Part shown: positions 27,916 to 36,341 of the stretch, piece after piece
Position numbering within the stretch: position 1 is the first letter of the stretch
Layout: every line of letters starts with the position of its first letter
IMG/VR virus record: IMGVR_UViG_3300046804_001743
Coordinates: 1-64,000 of that record
DNA from: a virus
Length of the DNA: 64,000 nucleotides
Reading direction: 5' to 3' (one strand)
The notes under the pieces: generated by a model
Told to the model about the DNA's origin: nothing
What the model saw: the letters and a program-made list of their open reading frames with translations, nothing else
Databases searched by the model: none
Position numbers and translations under genes: made by a program

Positions 27916-28472
27916 TGCGTAAATTTCTAATGCTTGTCCCGCTGGTAGCTATGTTAGCCGCTTGTGGAACCACTGATCCTTATGCCAAACGTGCAGAACA
28001 AGAACGTGAGCGTCAAGAACGATATGTAGAACGTTCTATTGACAAGGCACCTAAGTGGATGTTCGAGCTTCCTAAGAGCACTAGTGCAGTATACTCAAAC
28101 GGTACTAATACCAGTGCAAGTTGGGAAATGGCTTTACACAAGGCTAAAGCAGATGCATACGGTAAAATCTGTATGACTGCTGGCGGCACTACTAGCCAAC
28201 AGACTAAGATCTATCGTGCAGATCAAGGTAAGTCTAGTTCTGAAGTAAGCGAAATGGTAATTCGTGCATCTTGTAAAGAAGTTGATATTACAGGTGTAGA
28301 AGTTGCTGAGAAAAAGATCATGCAAGAAGGTTCTCAGTACCGTGCGTATGTTCTAATCGCTCTGCCTACAGGCGATGCTAATGTACTAAAACGTGCTAAG
28401 GATCAGCAACGTGTCAATGAGCTAGCCGCTCAACGTGCTCCTGAAGCATTTAAAGAACTGGATAAACAATGA
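27915..28472 (+). CDS. lipoprotein (LPP20-like?)
   Basis: MRKFLMLVPLVAMLAACGT lipobox. Confidence 0.5.
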   Translation: MRKFLMLVPLVAMLAACGTTDPYAKRAEQERERQERYVERSIDKAPKWMFELPKSTSAVYSNGTNTSASWEMALHKAKADAYGKICMTAGGTTSQQTKIYRADQGKSSSEVSEMVIRASCKEVDITGVEVAEKKIMQEGSQYRAYVLIALPTGDANVLKRAKDQQRVNELAAQRAPEAFKELDKQ

Positions 28473-28645
28473 TTCGTCTTTGGATAACCTTTATTGTTTT
28501 TGCTTTCCTTATCCACTTTTCAATCGTCTCCTGGCGAGCGTTGAGTGGAAAGGAAAAATGGTCGTTGACAAAGTCCATCGGCTATAGTATAATTGTTTCA
28601 CTGTTAGCAGTAGCTGTGATGACTACGATAGTAATCGTTTTTTAA
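28469..28645 (+). CDS. small membrane protein (58 aa)
   Basis: Two hydrophobic segments. ATGA overlap with the upstream gene. Confidence 0.4.
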   Translation: MIRLWITFIVFAFLIHFSIVSWRALSGKEKWSLTKSIGYSIIVSLLAVAVMTTIVIVF

Positions 28646-28653
28646 GGAGTTTT

Positions 28654-28740
28654 ATGATTAACGATTTTTGGCTTCGCCCCTTGTACTTCGTACTTGGATT
28701 TGTTGTTTGTTTTTTTCTAATGGTTAAAGGATTTATCTAA
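28654..28740 (+). CDS. very small hydrophobic peptide (28 aa)
   Basis: AGGAG RBS. MINDFWLRPLYFVLGFVVCFFLMVKGFI. Confidence 0.25.
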   Translation: MINDFWLRPLYFVLGFVVCFFLMVKGFI

Positions 28741-28741
28741 A

Positions 28742-29536
28742 ATGAAACGTTTTATTACTCTTGGTATTTTGGCCGGTGCTGTATTGATGACTGGTTGTAC
28801 CCGTATCGAAACAGGTGAGGTTGGCTTGCGTGTCGGCTTTGACAAGCAGGTTAAAAATGAGGAACTGCTACCAGGATCATTCAATCAGGTTATCATCGGC
28901 GATGTGCTTACATTTCCGGTTAAGGATGTTAACGTCAAACTTGACGACATGACTCCTATTGCCAAAGACAATAGCACTATGAAAGACTTTGACGCTATTG
29001 TTATCTATAACTTGAACCAAAGTCAAGTTGCCGAGTTGTACAATTCAAAGTCTAAGGCGTTCCATATTAGACATGACGGCGACACTTACTTGATGTTTAA
29101 CTACATTTACAATGCCGCTCGTAATGCTATCTACAAAGAAGCTCGTAAGTACGAAGCATTGGATATGGCAGATAATCGTCAAGCTATGGAGCAGGCGATT
29201 CGTGAGCAGATCCAAAAAACGTTGGTAGACGAAAAGTTAGACGGTAGCATTAGTATCGGCCAAGTGTTGATCCGTAACGTTGTTCCAGCAGATTCTGTCG
29301 TTGAAAGTGCTAACGCTCTTGTTCGTGCTAAGAACGAATTCAAGCAAAAGGAAGTTGAAGTGAAGACTGCTGAAGCAGAAGCTCGTCGTATGCAAGCGTT
29401 GGCTAATCAAGGTGCTCAAAGTATTGCCTATATGCAGGCTCGAGCACAAGCAGACATTGCTGAAGGTATCAAGAATGGTAAAGTCAATACTGTTGTTGTG
29501 CCCTACGACTTCAAAGGTCAAGTAGTGATTAAGTAA
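28742..29536 (+). CDS. SPFH/band-7 (HflK/C-, prohibitin-like) lipoprotein
   Basis: Lipobox LMTGCT, then TGEVGLRVGFDKQV... typical of the start of an SPFH domain. Ala/Glu/Gln-rich coiled-coil C-terminus. Confidence 0.6.
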   Translation: MKRFITLGILAGAVLMTGCTRIETGEVGLRVGFDKQVKNEELLPGSFNQVIIGDVLTFPVKDVNVKLDDMTPIAKDNSTMKDFDAIVIYNLNQSQVAELYNSKSKAFHIRHDGDTYLMFNYIYNAARNAIYKEARKYEALDMADNRQAMEQAIREQIQKTLVDEKLDGSISIGQVLIRNVVPADSVVESANALVRAKNEFKQKEVEVKTAEAEARRMQALANQGAQSIAYMQARAQADIAEGIKNGKVNTVVVPYDFKGQVVIK

Positions 29537-29537
29537 A

Positions 29538-29744
29538 ATGTGGAAACGGATACTGTTTCAACGTAGTGGCGGACATTACCTCTTTTGGCTGTCCGCCATT
29601 TATCTTGTTGTAGGCTTTACTAACATTGCTTACAAGTTTACTGAATCTGAATACATTCAAATAGTTTGGATTCTTTGTTTAATTATTCCGCTTGTTGTTA
29701 AACCTGTAGCACGATGGCTCAACATGCGAACACTATGGGAGTAA
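29538..29744 (+). CDS. small membrane protein
   Basis: Two TM segments. Confidence 0.4.
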   Translation: MWKRILFQRSGGHYLFWLSAIYLVVGFTNIAYKFTESEYIQIVWILCLIIPLVVKPVARWLNMRTLWE

Positions 29745-30089
29745 GTGATGAGTTTTTTAAGTTTTTTAGGATTTGGCAAAATGGTTAAAGACGGCGCAGA
29801 TGTTTTAAAGTTCCCAGAAGTAAAGGCAGTTCCAAAAATGCCAGAGGTAAAACCTCCAGAAAAACCTGCAACTGTTTTTTATAGACTTGGTATGACTGAT
29901 AATAATCGTGTTAGTTTATCAATGGGGGTCAGTGAAATCCTTATGACCAAAGAAGGTGTTGAAAACTTAATAGCCCAACTGGCTAGTTTTAGAGATACCC
30001 TTGCGGCAGAAGTTGATAATACAACGGATGATGACCCAAATGGCGGCGAACCTATTCCAGTGCCTGAAGAACAACAAAAGGTAGCGTAA
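29745..30089 (+). CDS. hypothetical protein
   Basis: ORF only. Confidence 0.4.
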   Translation: MMSFLSFLGFGKMVKDGADVLKFPEVKAVPKMPEVKPPEKPATVFYRLGMTDNNRVSLSMGVSEILMTKEGVENLIAQLASFRDTLAAEVDNTTDDDPNGGEPIPVPEEQQKVA

Positions 30090-30286
30090 TGAGCGGAAAA
30101 GGTTTTATAGCACAGCAACCCGACGAAGTTTGCGAAATGTGCGGAAAAGTGGACGAGTGTCGTCCTTACGGTCCTAACGATGAAAACATCTGTTTTAACT
30201 GCGCCATGACTAAAGTAGGCGAAGAAACAGTTAAAAAGAAAATGGCCGCTTATATCTTTGGAGAAACAGATGCCAACCCAACGTGA
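30089..30286 (+). CDS. small zinc-ribbon protein
   Basis: CEMCG...CFNC. Confidence 0.4.
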   Translation: MSGKGFIAQQPDEVCEMCGKVDECRPYGPNDENICFNCAMTKVGEETVKKKMAAYIFGETDANPT

Positions 30287-30527
30287 GCTAGAAGAAATGG
30301 AACATGACTATTTAGAAATGGATCGTGACAAGGTTCGAGCTATTTGCCATGAGATTATGAAGGACGAACTTTTTGAAGGTATGGTAGCTAAAGAAGAGTT
30401 GCGTTTACTCAAAGAAGGTCATACAATGTTAATTCCGCACGATGTAGAACATGCTCGTGCTATGTTTAAGATGGCTTGTTTTTACCTAAGCCAGTATGAC
30501 AAAGATTTTAAATTGGAAATGAAATGA
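30258..30527 (+). CDS. hypothetical protein
   Basis: ORF only. Confidence 0.35.
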   Translation: MEKQMPTQRELEEMEHDYLEMDRDKVRAICHEIMKDELFEGMVAKEELRLLKEGHTMLIPHDVEHARAMFKMACFYLSQYDKDFKLEMK

Positions 30528-30970
30528 TTAAAGAATTTATTAACATCGTTGAATCTATGGAAGGCATTACTGATAAATGGTTTGATGGTGGATTCGTAAC
30601 TTACAAACATTCTACTCCGATACATTATAAAACTGCCAGCACATCTGGTACAGTTGATACCTTAGAAGGACCAGTTGACTATCAGGCTGGACATAAAATT
30701 ATCACAGGACCTAAGGGCGAGAAGTACCCGGTTAGTCCAGAAAAGTTTTCAGAATACTATGACGACAACGGCGATGGAACAGCTACGCCCAAGAAAATTT
30801 TTAAAGTTGCCAAACTTGCTGATCACAACGGTGTTGTTAAAGCAAGCTGGGGAGATTTGAATTATAAAGCAGGCGAAGACTATATTGTGCGTCACGGTAG
30901 CAATGACTACGGGGTCGTAAAAAAAGATATCTTTGCTCAAACATACCACCTACCGAAAAATAAAGGATAA
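30524..30970 (+). CDS. hypothetical protein
   Basis: ORF only. Confidence 0.4.
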   Translation: MIKEFINIVESMEGITDKWFDGGFVTYKHSTPIHYKTASTSGTVDTLEGPVDYQAGHKIITGPKGEKYPVSPEKFSEYYDDNGDGTATPKKIFKVAKLADHNGVVKASWGDLNYKAGEDYIVRHGSNDYGVVKKDIFAQTYHLPKNKG

Positions 30971-30973
30971 AAA

Positions 30974-31594
30974 ATGCCACATCTAGTACCTACAGTTATT
31001 GAAACAGAAGCACGTGGTGAACGTGCTTATGACATTTACAGTCGTCTGCTCAAGGACCGTATTGTAATGTTAGATACAGAAGTAGACCAACATTCTGCTA
31101 GTTTGCTTGTAGCACAACTGCTATTCTTGGAAAGTCAAGGAAACGAAGATATTAACTTCTTTATCAATAGCCCCGGTGGAAGTGTTACTGCTGGTCTTGC
31201 TATTTACGATACCATGCAGTTTATTAGGCCAGATGTTGCAACTTATGTTGTTGGACAGGCTGCAAGTATGGGGTCTTTCCTTGCTCAAGCTGGCGCACCC
31301 GGAAAGCGGTTTGTTCTACCCGAAAGTCGGACAATGATTCATCGTGTAAGTTCAGGTACTCCGGGCACACGAGGAAGTGTGCATGTTCAGGAACTTGAGT
31401 TTGAAGACGCTAAACGCACCTTTGAAGAAAGTCAAAGATTGAATAAACGACTAACTGAGCTGTATGTTAAGCACAATACTGCCGGCAAGACATTCAACGA
31501 AATGTTTGAAACTATGAAGTTTGATACGTTTTTAAGTGCTCAGGCGGCTGTAGAATATGGACTAGCTGATAAAGTTATCGAAAAGCGTCCGTAA
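30974..31594 (+). CDS. clpP: ATP-dependent Clp protease proteolytic subunit ClpP
   Basis: [51 protein letters not shown] matches the bacterial ClpP core, including the active-site Ser and His context. Confidence 0.9.
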   Translation: MPHLVPTVIETEARGERAYDIYSRLLKDRIVMLDTEVDQHSASLLVAQLLFLESQGNEDINFFINSPGGSVTAGLAIYDTMQFIRPDVATYVVGQAASMGSFLAQAGAPGKRFVLPESRTMIHRVSSGTPGTRGSVHVQELEFEDAKRTFEESQRLNKRLTELYVKHNTAGKTFNEMFETMKFDTFLSAQAAVEYGLADKVIEKRP

Positions 31595-31629
31595 TTAGAA
31601 ATTAGCTATATCCAGTATACGTTGCAATT

Positions 31630-31651
31630 CTAGGGATTCTTTTATCCCTAG
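31630..31651 (+). terminator. perfect 8-bp inverted repeat hairpin CTAGGGAT-tctttt-ATCCCTAG (possible terminator or processing site)
   Basis: Hairpin downstream of clpP. No strong T-tract follows. A TATATAAT -10-like box follows at 31665. Confidence 0.35.
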
Positions 31652-31717
31652 TTCATAAAGTGCGTATATAATTGGTAGCCATAGCACACTATAAATACAA
31701 CTGTGTAGGAGTGTGCC

Positions 31718-32446
31718 ATGGCCCGTCAGGCTTTTAACTGGTCTTTGCTAGATCGTGAAATGCTGTACTCAATGCTATATAGTCTTAAATCAGAGATTGT
31801 AGACAGACGATTACCTATTGGCGAAATTACTAGTCTAATTTCTCAGCACATTAAAGCACATATTCCAGTTAAAGTTCGTAGTAGTAGATTTAACCCTGTT
31901 AAAAAAGGCGAACTTTGGGTAGGCGGCGCATACTATAGTGACTTAGATAAAAAGGGCAGAAAGCGTTTTATTGAAATTGAACTGGCATATTCCCCTAAGT
32001 TTGCTACCATGCGTATGAGCAACTATCGTTGGGAACGTGTTTGCCAACTATTTGCTGACACAGTACTACACGAAATTATACATACTCGACAATATCGTGC
32101 TAGAAACTTTAAAGCCATACCTGGCTACCAAAGCACAGCCTATTATGCAAGAACTCGCAAAGAACAAGAGTATTACGGCGACAGAGATGAGATGGGTGCC
32201 CACTCATTTAATCTAGCACAGGATATGATTGATAAATTTGGCTGGGATACTAGAGCAATTAAGGCATACTTAGATTCAAAAGTTCCAAAACGTGTTCGCC
32301 CAAATGGTTGGGGCCGTTTTATGAAAGCATTTGAGTACGATCACAACCATCCAAAAGTTCGCCAAATGAAGCGTAAGATAATGAATCAATTAGAATATGC
32401 GTATGAAGGCAAACCATTTAAGACAACAAACTACTTGACATACTGA
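31718..32446 (+). CDS. HExxH zincin-like protein (paralog of 22485)
   Basis: FADTVLHEIIHTRQY ... DRDEMGAHSFNLAQD. AGGAG RBS. Confidence 0.5.
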   Translation: MARQAFNWSLLDREMLYSMLYSLKSEIVDRRLPIGEITSLISQHIKAHIPVKVRSSRFNPVKKGELWVGGAYYSDLDKKGRKRFIEIELAYSPKFATMRMSNYRWERVCQLFADTVLHEIIHTRQYRARNFKAIPGYQSTAYYARTRKEQEYYGDRDEMGAHSFNLAQDMIDKFGWDTRAIKAYLDSKVPKRVRPNGWGRFMKAFEYDHNHPKVRQMKRKIMNQLEYAYEGKPFKTTNYLTY

Positions 32447-32482
32447 TAATTAGACTGTATAATACTTACACTAAGTTAATTA

Positions 32483-33823
32483 TTGGAGTCTAAATTGAGC
32501 GATCCTTGCTACGCCGTCATTTCCACTCTGGAAGATCACCCTAGTCGTTTAAACAAAGAAGCTATTATTCTTGCTCAAGCTGAAGCAGGTAATAAAGAAT
32601 TCTTTGAAGGCACTAGGCTCGCTCTCGACTCAATGATTACTTTTGGACTTAAACAAATACCGGAGAAAACAGATGAAGATGGCCCTGGGCTGGATTGGGA
32701 TAGTTTTACTCTCGCTATTACTGGCTTTGTTACTCGCAATGTCACCGGTAATACAGCGAGGGATATGATTCAAGCGATGATGAAATCGGCCACTAAGAAA
32801 CAGTGGAATGGTTGGTATCGTCGCATCCTTATTAAAGATTTGCGCTGTGGTGTCAGCGACAAAACAATTAACAAAGTTGTAGAAAAGAAATGGCCTGATT
32901 ATGCAGTACCTGTCTTTAGTTGTCAGCTTGCTCACGATAGTGCTAATCATGAGGCAAAGGTCACTGGCAAAAAATATATTGAAGTCAAACTCGATGGCGT
33001 TCGCGTTATTACTATTGTTCGCGCAGATGGCCGCGTTGACCAGTTTAGTCGTAATGGTAAAGAGCTGGTAAACTTTCCACACATTAAAGAACAAATCAGT
33101 GCTGTAATTAAAAAACACGGAACTACTAAGAACATAGACTTTGTCCTCGACGGTGAAGTTATGTCTAGTAGTTTCCAAGACTTAATGAAACAGGTACATC
33201 GTAAAGATAATGTACAGGCAAATGATGCTGTACTTCATTTGTTTGACTTCTTGCCACTAGCAGACTTTGAAAAAGGTCATTGGAACAAAGGTCAGGAAGA
33301 GCGTAGTGCCATGTTGTATTATTGGCACAAAACTTACAAAGAAGAAATGCCCAACGTAGCAGTTGTCGGGCATGAGCTTGTTGACTTGGAAACTAAAGAA
33401 GGCAAGAAACGTTTCAAAGAAATTAATCAGAAAGCCATTGACGGCGGATACGAAGGCATTATGATTAAGGATCCCAATGCACCTTACGAGTGTAAACGTA
33501 CCGCAAGTTGGCTTAAACTCAAGCCATTCATTGAAGTGTCTCTAAATGTTGTTGCTGTCGAGGAGGGCACTGGCAGGAACATTGGTAAACTAGGTGCCTT
33601 AGTCTGTGAAGGTGAAGATGATAATAAATCAATTCGAGTCAACTGCGGTTCTGGGTTTAGTGATTCCGACCGTGATACTTTTTGGAATGATCGTGAGACC
33701 CTTATTGGCCAAGTTGTGGAAGTCCGTGCGGACGCTATTACACAAAACCAGGATGGAAGTTACTCTTTACGCTTTCCGCGCTTCTTACATTTTAGAGGGT
33801 TTGACAATGGCGAGAAAATTTGA
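32483..33823 (+). CDS. ATP-dependent DNA ligase
   Basis: Motif I EVKLDGVR, motif III LDGEVM, motif IV EGIMIKD, motif V WLKLKP. The track start is a TTG; the true start may differ. Confidence 0.85.
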   Translation: MESKLSDPCYAVISTLEDHPSRLNKEAIILAQAEAGNKEFFEGTRLALDSMITFGLKQIPEKTDEDGPGLDWDSFTLAITGFVTRNVTGNTARDMIQAMMKSATKKQWNGWYRRILIKDLRCGVSDKTINKVVEKKWPDYAVPVFSCQLAHDSANHEAKVTGKKYIEVKLDGVRVITIVRADGRVDQFSRNGKELVNFPHIKEQISAVIKKHGTTKNIDFVLDGEVMSSSFQDLMKQVHRKDNVQANDAVLHLFDFLPLADFEKGHWNKGQEERSAMLYYWHKTYKEEMPNVAVVGHELVDLETKEGKKRFKEINQKAIDGGYEGIMIKDPNAPYECKRTASWLKLKPFIEVSLNVVAVEEGTGRNIGKLGALVCEGEDDNKSIRVNCGSGFSDSDRDTFWNDRETLIGQVVEVRADAITQNQDGSYSLRFPRFLHFRGFDNGEKI

Positions 33824-34055
33824 TATCCGTCGCTCAATGCACAAGGACATGTTATACGGTTCTTTGCTAGAGCTTAGTCAAAACGCTCGTGTTTGGCACG
33901 AAAGTTCAGTAAGTCCTGAATACAGTCACTTGACAGAAGATGGCAAGGCTGCTATCATACATGTTGTTGAGGAAATGTTTCGCGGATTGCAAACTATCCA
34001 TAAACAAGAAATCAAAGAAGAAGCAAAACGACAAACAATGGAAGCACTTAAATAA
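33807..34055 (+). CDS. hypothetical protein (82 aa)
   Basis: ATG inside the longer track ORF. TAATG overlap with mazG. Confidence 0.4.
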   Translation: MARKFDIRRSMHKDMLYGSLLELSQNARVWHESSVSPEYSHLTEDGKAAIIHVVEEMFRGLQTIHKQEIKEEAKRQTMEALK

Positions 34056-34432
34056 TGACAAACCCATTTCGTGATCAAGAAAAATTTATGCGGGCCTGTG
34101 ATCAGACCGTAGACGAACATAACGAAGCACAATACAAATTGTACCTCGACCTTATGGAAGAGGAATGGAAAGAACTCCAAGTAGCACTGGATAAAGGTGA
34201 TCGTGTAGAACAACTGGATGCACTACTTGACTTTATCGTTGTTACCACAGGTGCTATTCATTCAGCAGGATTCGATGGCGAAGGCGGCTGGAAAGAAGTT
34301 ATGAAGACAAACTTTGCCAAGGTTGATTCAGAGACTGGCAAAGTTCGTAAGCGTGAGGACGGTAAGGTTCTCAAACCCGTGGGGTGGACTCCCCCTGACC
34401 TAAAACCATTTGTTAGTAAGGAGAACAAATAA
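34055..34432 (+). CDS. mazG: MazG-like nucleotide pyrophosphohydrolase
   Basis: About 125 aa, all-alpha NTP-PPase pattern (EE..E..D with an acidic cluster). Confidence 0.65.
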   Translation: MTNPFRDQEKFMRACDQTVDEHNEAQYKLYLDLMEEEWKELQVALDKGDRVEQLDALLDFIVVTTGAIHSAGFDGEGGWKEVMKTNFAKVDSETGKVRKREDGKVLKPVGWTPPDLKPFVSKENK

Positions 34433-35130
34433 TGTTTGGACATAGTTATACTGAAGGCGGAATTATTAACTACCGCACCGCTGGCGAAGTAAATCAAGCA
34501 ATGGGCCGTGTCTACGGATATATGGGTCTTGCTACCTTAGTCAGTATGTTTGTTAGTGGATTTATAGGAACTAATCCGGAACTTGTAAAATTCTTTTTTA
34601 CAGGTATTATGCATTGGGTTGTAATCTTTGCACCGTTACTAGCGGTGTTTGGTGTTACTGTTGCCCTTAATGCGAACCCGCCAAAGGAAATTGCCCTGCT
34701 ATTACTTGCAGGTTTTGCGGCTATCATGGGCCTGAGCTTTGCTGTAATCTTTGCTGTCTATACTCTACATAGTATTGTCACAGCCTTTATGGGCGCGGCC
34801 GTACTGTTTTGCACTATGGGCTTCTACGGATACTTCACTAAGAAGAGTCTTGATAGCCTAGGAAAGTTTATGTTTGTTGGCTTGATTGCTATTGTCATTG
34901 CTAGTATTATCAATATCTTTATTGGTAGCACAGTCATGCAAATGGTGATTTCAGCACTTGCTATTGTAATCTTTATGGGCTTAACTGCGTATGATACACA
35001 GCAAATTCGTGAGATAGTTAGTACAGATTCGAGCCCTGCTGTTGAAGTGACTGGCGCCTTGACCCTGTACCTAGACTTTATCAACATTTTCCTAAGTCTG
35101 CTTCAGTTGTTTGGAGACAAGAAGGACTGA
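34432..35130 (+). CDS. Bax inhibitor-1 / YccA family membrane protein
   Basis: 232 aa with 7 predicted TM segments. C-terminal LYLDFINIFLSLLQLFG matches the BI-1/YccA family C-terminal motif. Confidence 0.6.
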   Translation: MFGHSYTEGGIINYRTAGEVNQAMGRVYGYMGLATLVSMFVSGFIGTNPELVKFFFTGIMHWVVIFAPLLAVFGVTVALNANPPKEIALLLLAGFAAIMGLSFAVIFAVYTLHSIVTAFMGAAVLFCTMGFYGYFTKKSLDSLGKFMFVGLIAIVIASIINIFIGSTVMQMVISALAIVIFMGLTAYDTQQIREIVSTDSSPAVEVTGALTLYLDFINIFLSLLQLFGDKKD

Positions 35131-35251
35131 TGTATAGAGTTTATTATTACATTTACAACAGCGTACATTCAAAAGATTTTCCTAGCCTAGAAGATGCATT
35201 TAATTTCTGGGCTAGGTTGCCCTTTGAAACATTTAGAGAGTTAATTAGATT

Positions 35252-36085
35252 ATGAGAAATAATTATTGGACTTGTTCAAAATTCGCTGATTGGGTACGTG
35301 GTACTACAAAACTTAAGATGGGTACCTCAGAGCAGTGGCACGAATGGGAATCTCGAGCAAAGAAAGATTATCCATTGCGCTGGTGGTTAGCCGAAGAAGG
35401 CCTCGACTATCTACAAAAATTTATCATGTGGCCTTTGGATAAACTATATGCTGTCAAATATTATATCAACAACAGATTTATTAGTCGCACTCATAGCCTT
35501 ACCGCTCATCCCCGGGATATTAAACCTGGCCAGTGGCAAGACGTGGGGAACCGCTTTTTGCCTTGCTTATTCAACGAGCTTGTTGATTTTGTTGAAGTGG
35601 AGTTAGCATGGTGGCACCTTGCTTGGGCAGACGCTGATGAAAAAAAGAAGTATAACGCACCGTGGTCTACAGGTTGGTTCCGTTGGAGAACATGGCGTTG
35701 CCCACAGGCTGGTCTCGACAATCTCGAATGGCAACGTAATCTACGTTGGAAAGAAGACGAGTGCGTTGAAGGTAGCCCTAATGTGGGAAAACTTACTCCG
35801 CAAGCAGAAAAGGCGCAAGAAATCTTAGACTTGTACAAGTGGTGGACTGAAACATATCGCAACCGTCCCGATCCACACGATGCTAGCGGATGGAGTGCTT
35901 ACTGCGATGCTCTTAGAAATGAGAATGGTGATCGTTGGATTGGAATCGATCCAAAAGATCCTAAACTTAAAAAGCAAGGTGACAAAGCTCACAAACTACT
36001 TCAAAAGATTGAAGCGGCCTATGAAAAAGAAGACGAAGAAATGATGATTCGTCTTATTAAAGTTCGTCATGGACTATGGACATAA
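35252..36085 (+). CDS. hypothetical Trp-rich protein
   Basis: ORF only. Confidence 0.4.
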   Translation: MRNNYWTCSKFADWVRGTTKLKMGTSEQWHEWESRAKKDYPLRWWLAEEGLDYLQKFIMWPLDKLYAVKYYINNRFISRTHSLTAHPRDIKPGQWQDVGNRFLPCLFNELVDFVEVELAWWHLAWADADEKKKYNAPWSTGWFRWRTWRCPQAGLDNLEWQRNLRWKEDECVEGSPNVGKLTPQAEKAQEILDLYKWWTETYRNRPDPHDASGWSAYCDALRNENGDRWIGIDPKDPKLKKQGDKAHKLLQKIEAAYEKEDEEMMIRLIKVRHGLWT

Positions 36086-36321
36086 GTTGGAGATTTGTTC
36101 GATCCAAAGGAAGGCGCACGTGGATTGCTGAGGTATGGAGTGATGATTCGGATCTTGCTCCTCCTCATATTGGGTTCAACGAACCTTACCCAGAAGAAGT
36201 TTATTCAGAAATTAATCAATGGTGCTTGGAAACATTTGGGTACCATGCCCGTACTGCCTATAACATTTTTGAATTTAAGAAAAAGTCAAACTTAGACTGG
36301 TTCATACTGCGCTGGCAATAA
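36076..36321 (+). CDS. hypothetical protein
   Basis: ORF only. Confidence 0.35.
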   Translation: MDISWRFVRSKGRRTWIAEVWSDDSDLAPPHIGFNEPYPEEVYSEINQWCLETFGYHARTAYNIFEFKKKSNLDWFILRWQ

Positions 36322-36341
36322 TTACAATAATAGAGGATATT

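Noticed and set aside
30974-31594. ClpP-fold prohead (capsid maturation) protease instead of true ClpP
   Set aside because: The sequence is collinear with bacterial ClpP, including the GQAASMG Ser context and the MIH His context, and it is not next to portal or major capsid genes in this window. Called authentic ClpP, although a virion role cannot be excluded.
31630-31651. Classical rho-independent terminator after clpP
   Set aside because: There is a perfect 8-bp palindrome with a 6-nt loop, but no downstream U-tract. Kept only as a low-confidence hairpin or processing site.
34432-35130. Holin or generic transporter for the 7-TM protein
   Set aside because: Its length (232 aa), seven TM helices and C-terminal LYLDFINIFLSLLQLFG fit the BI-1/YccA family better than a holin (usually 1-4 TM, under 150 aa).
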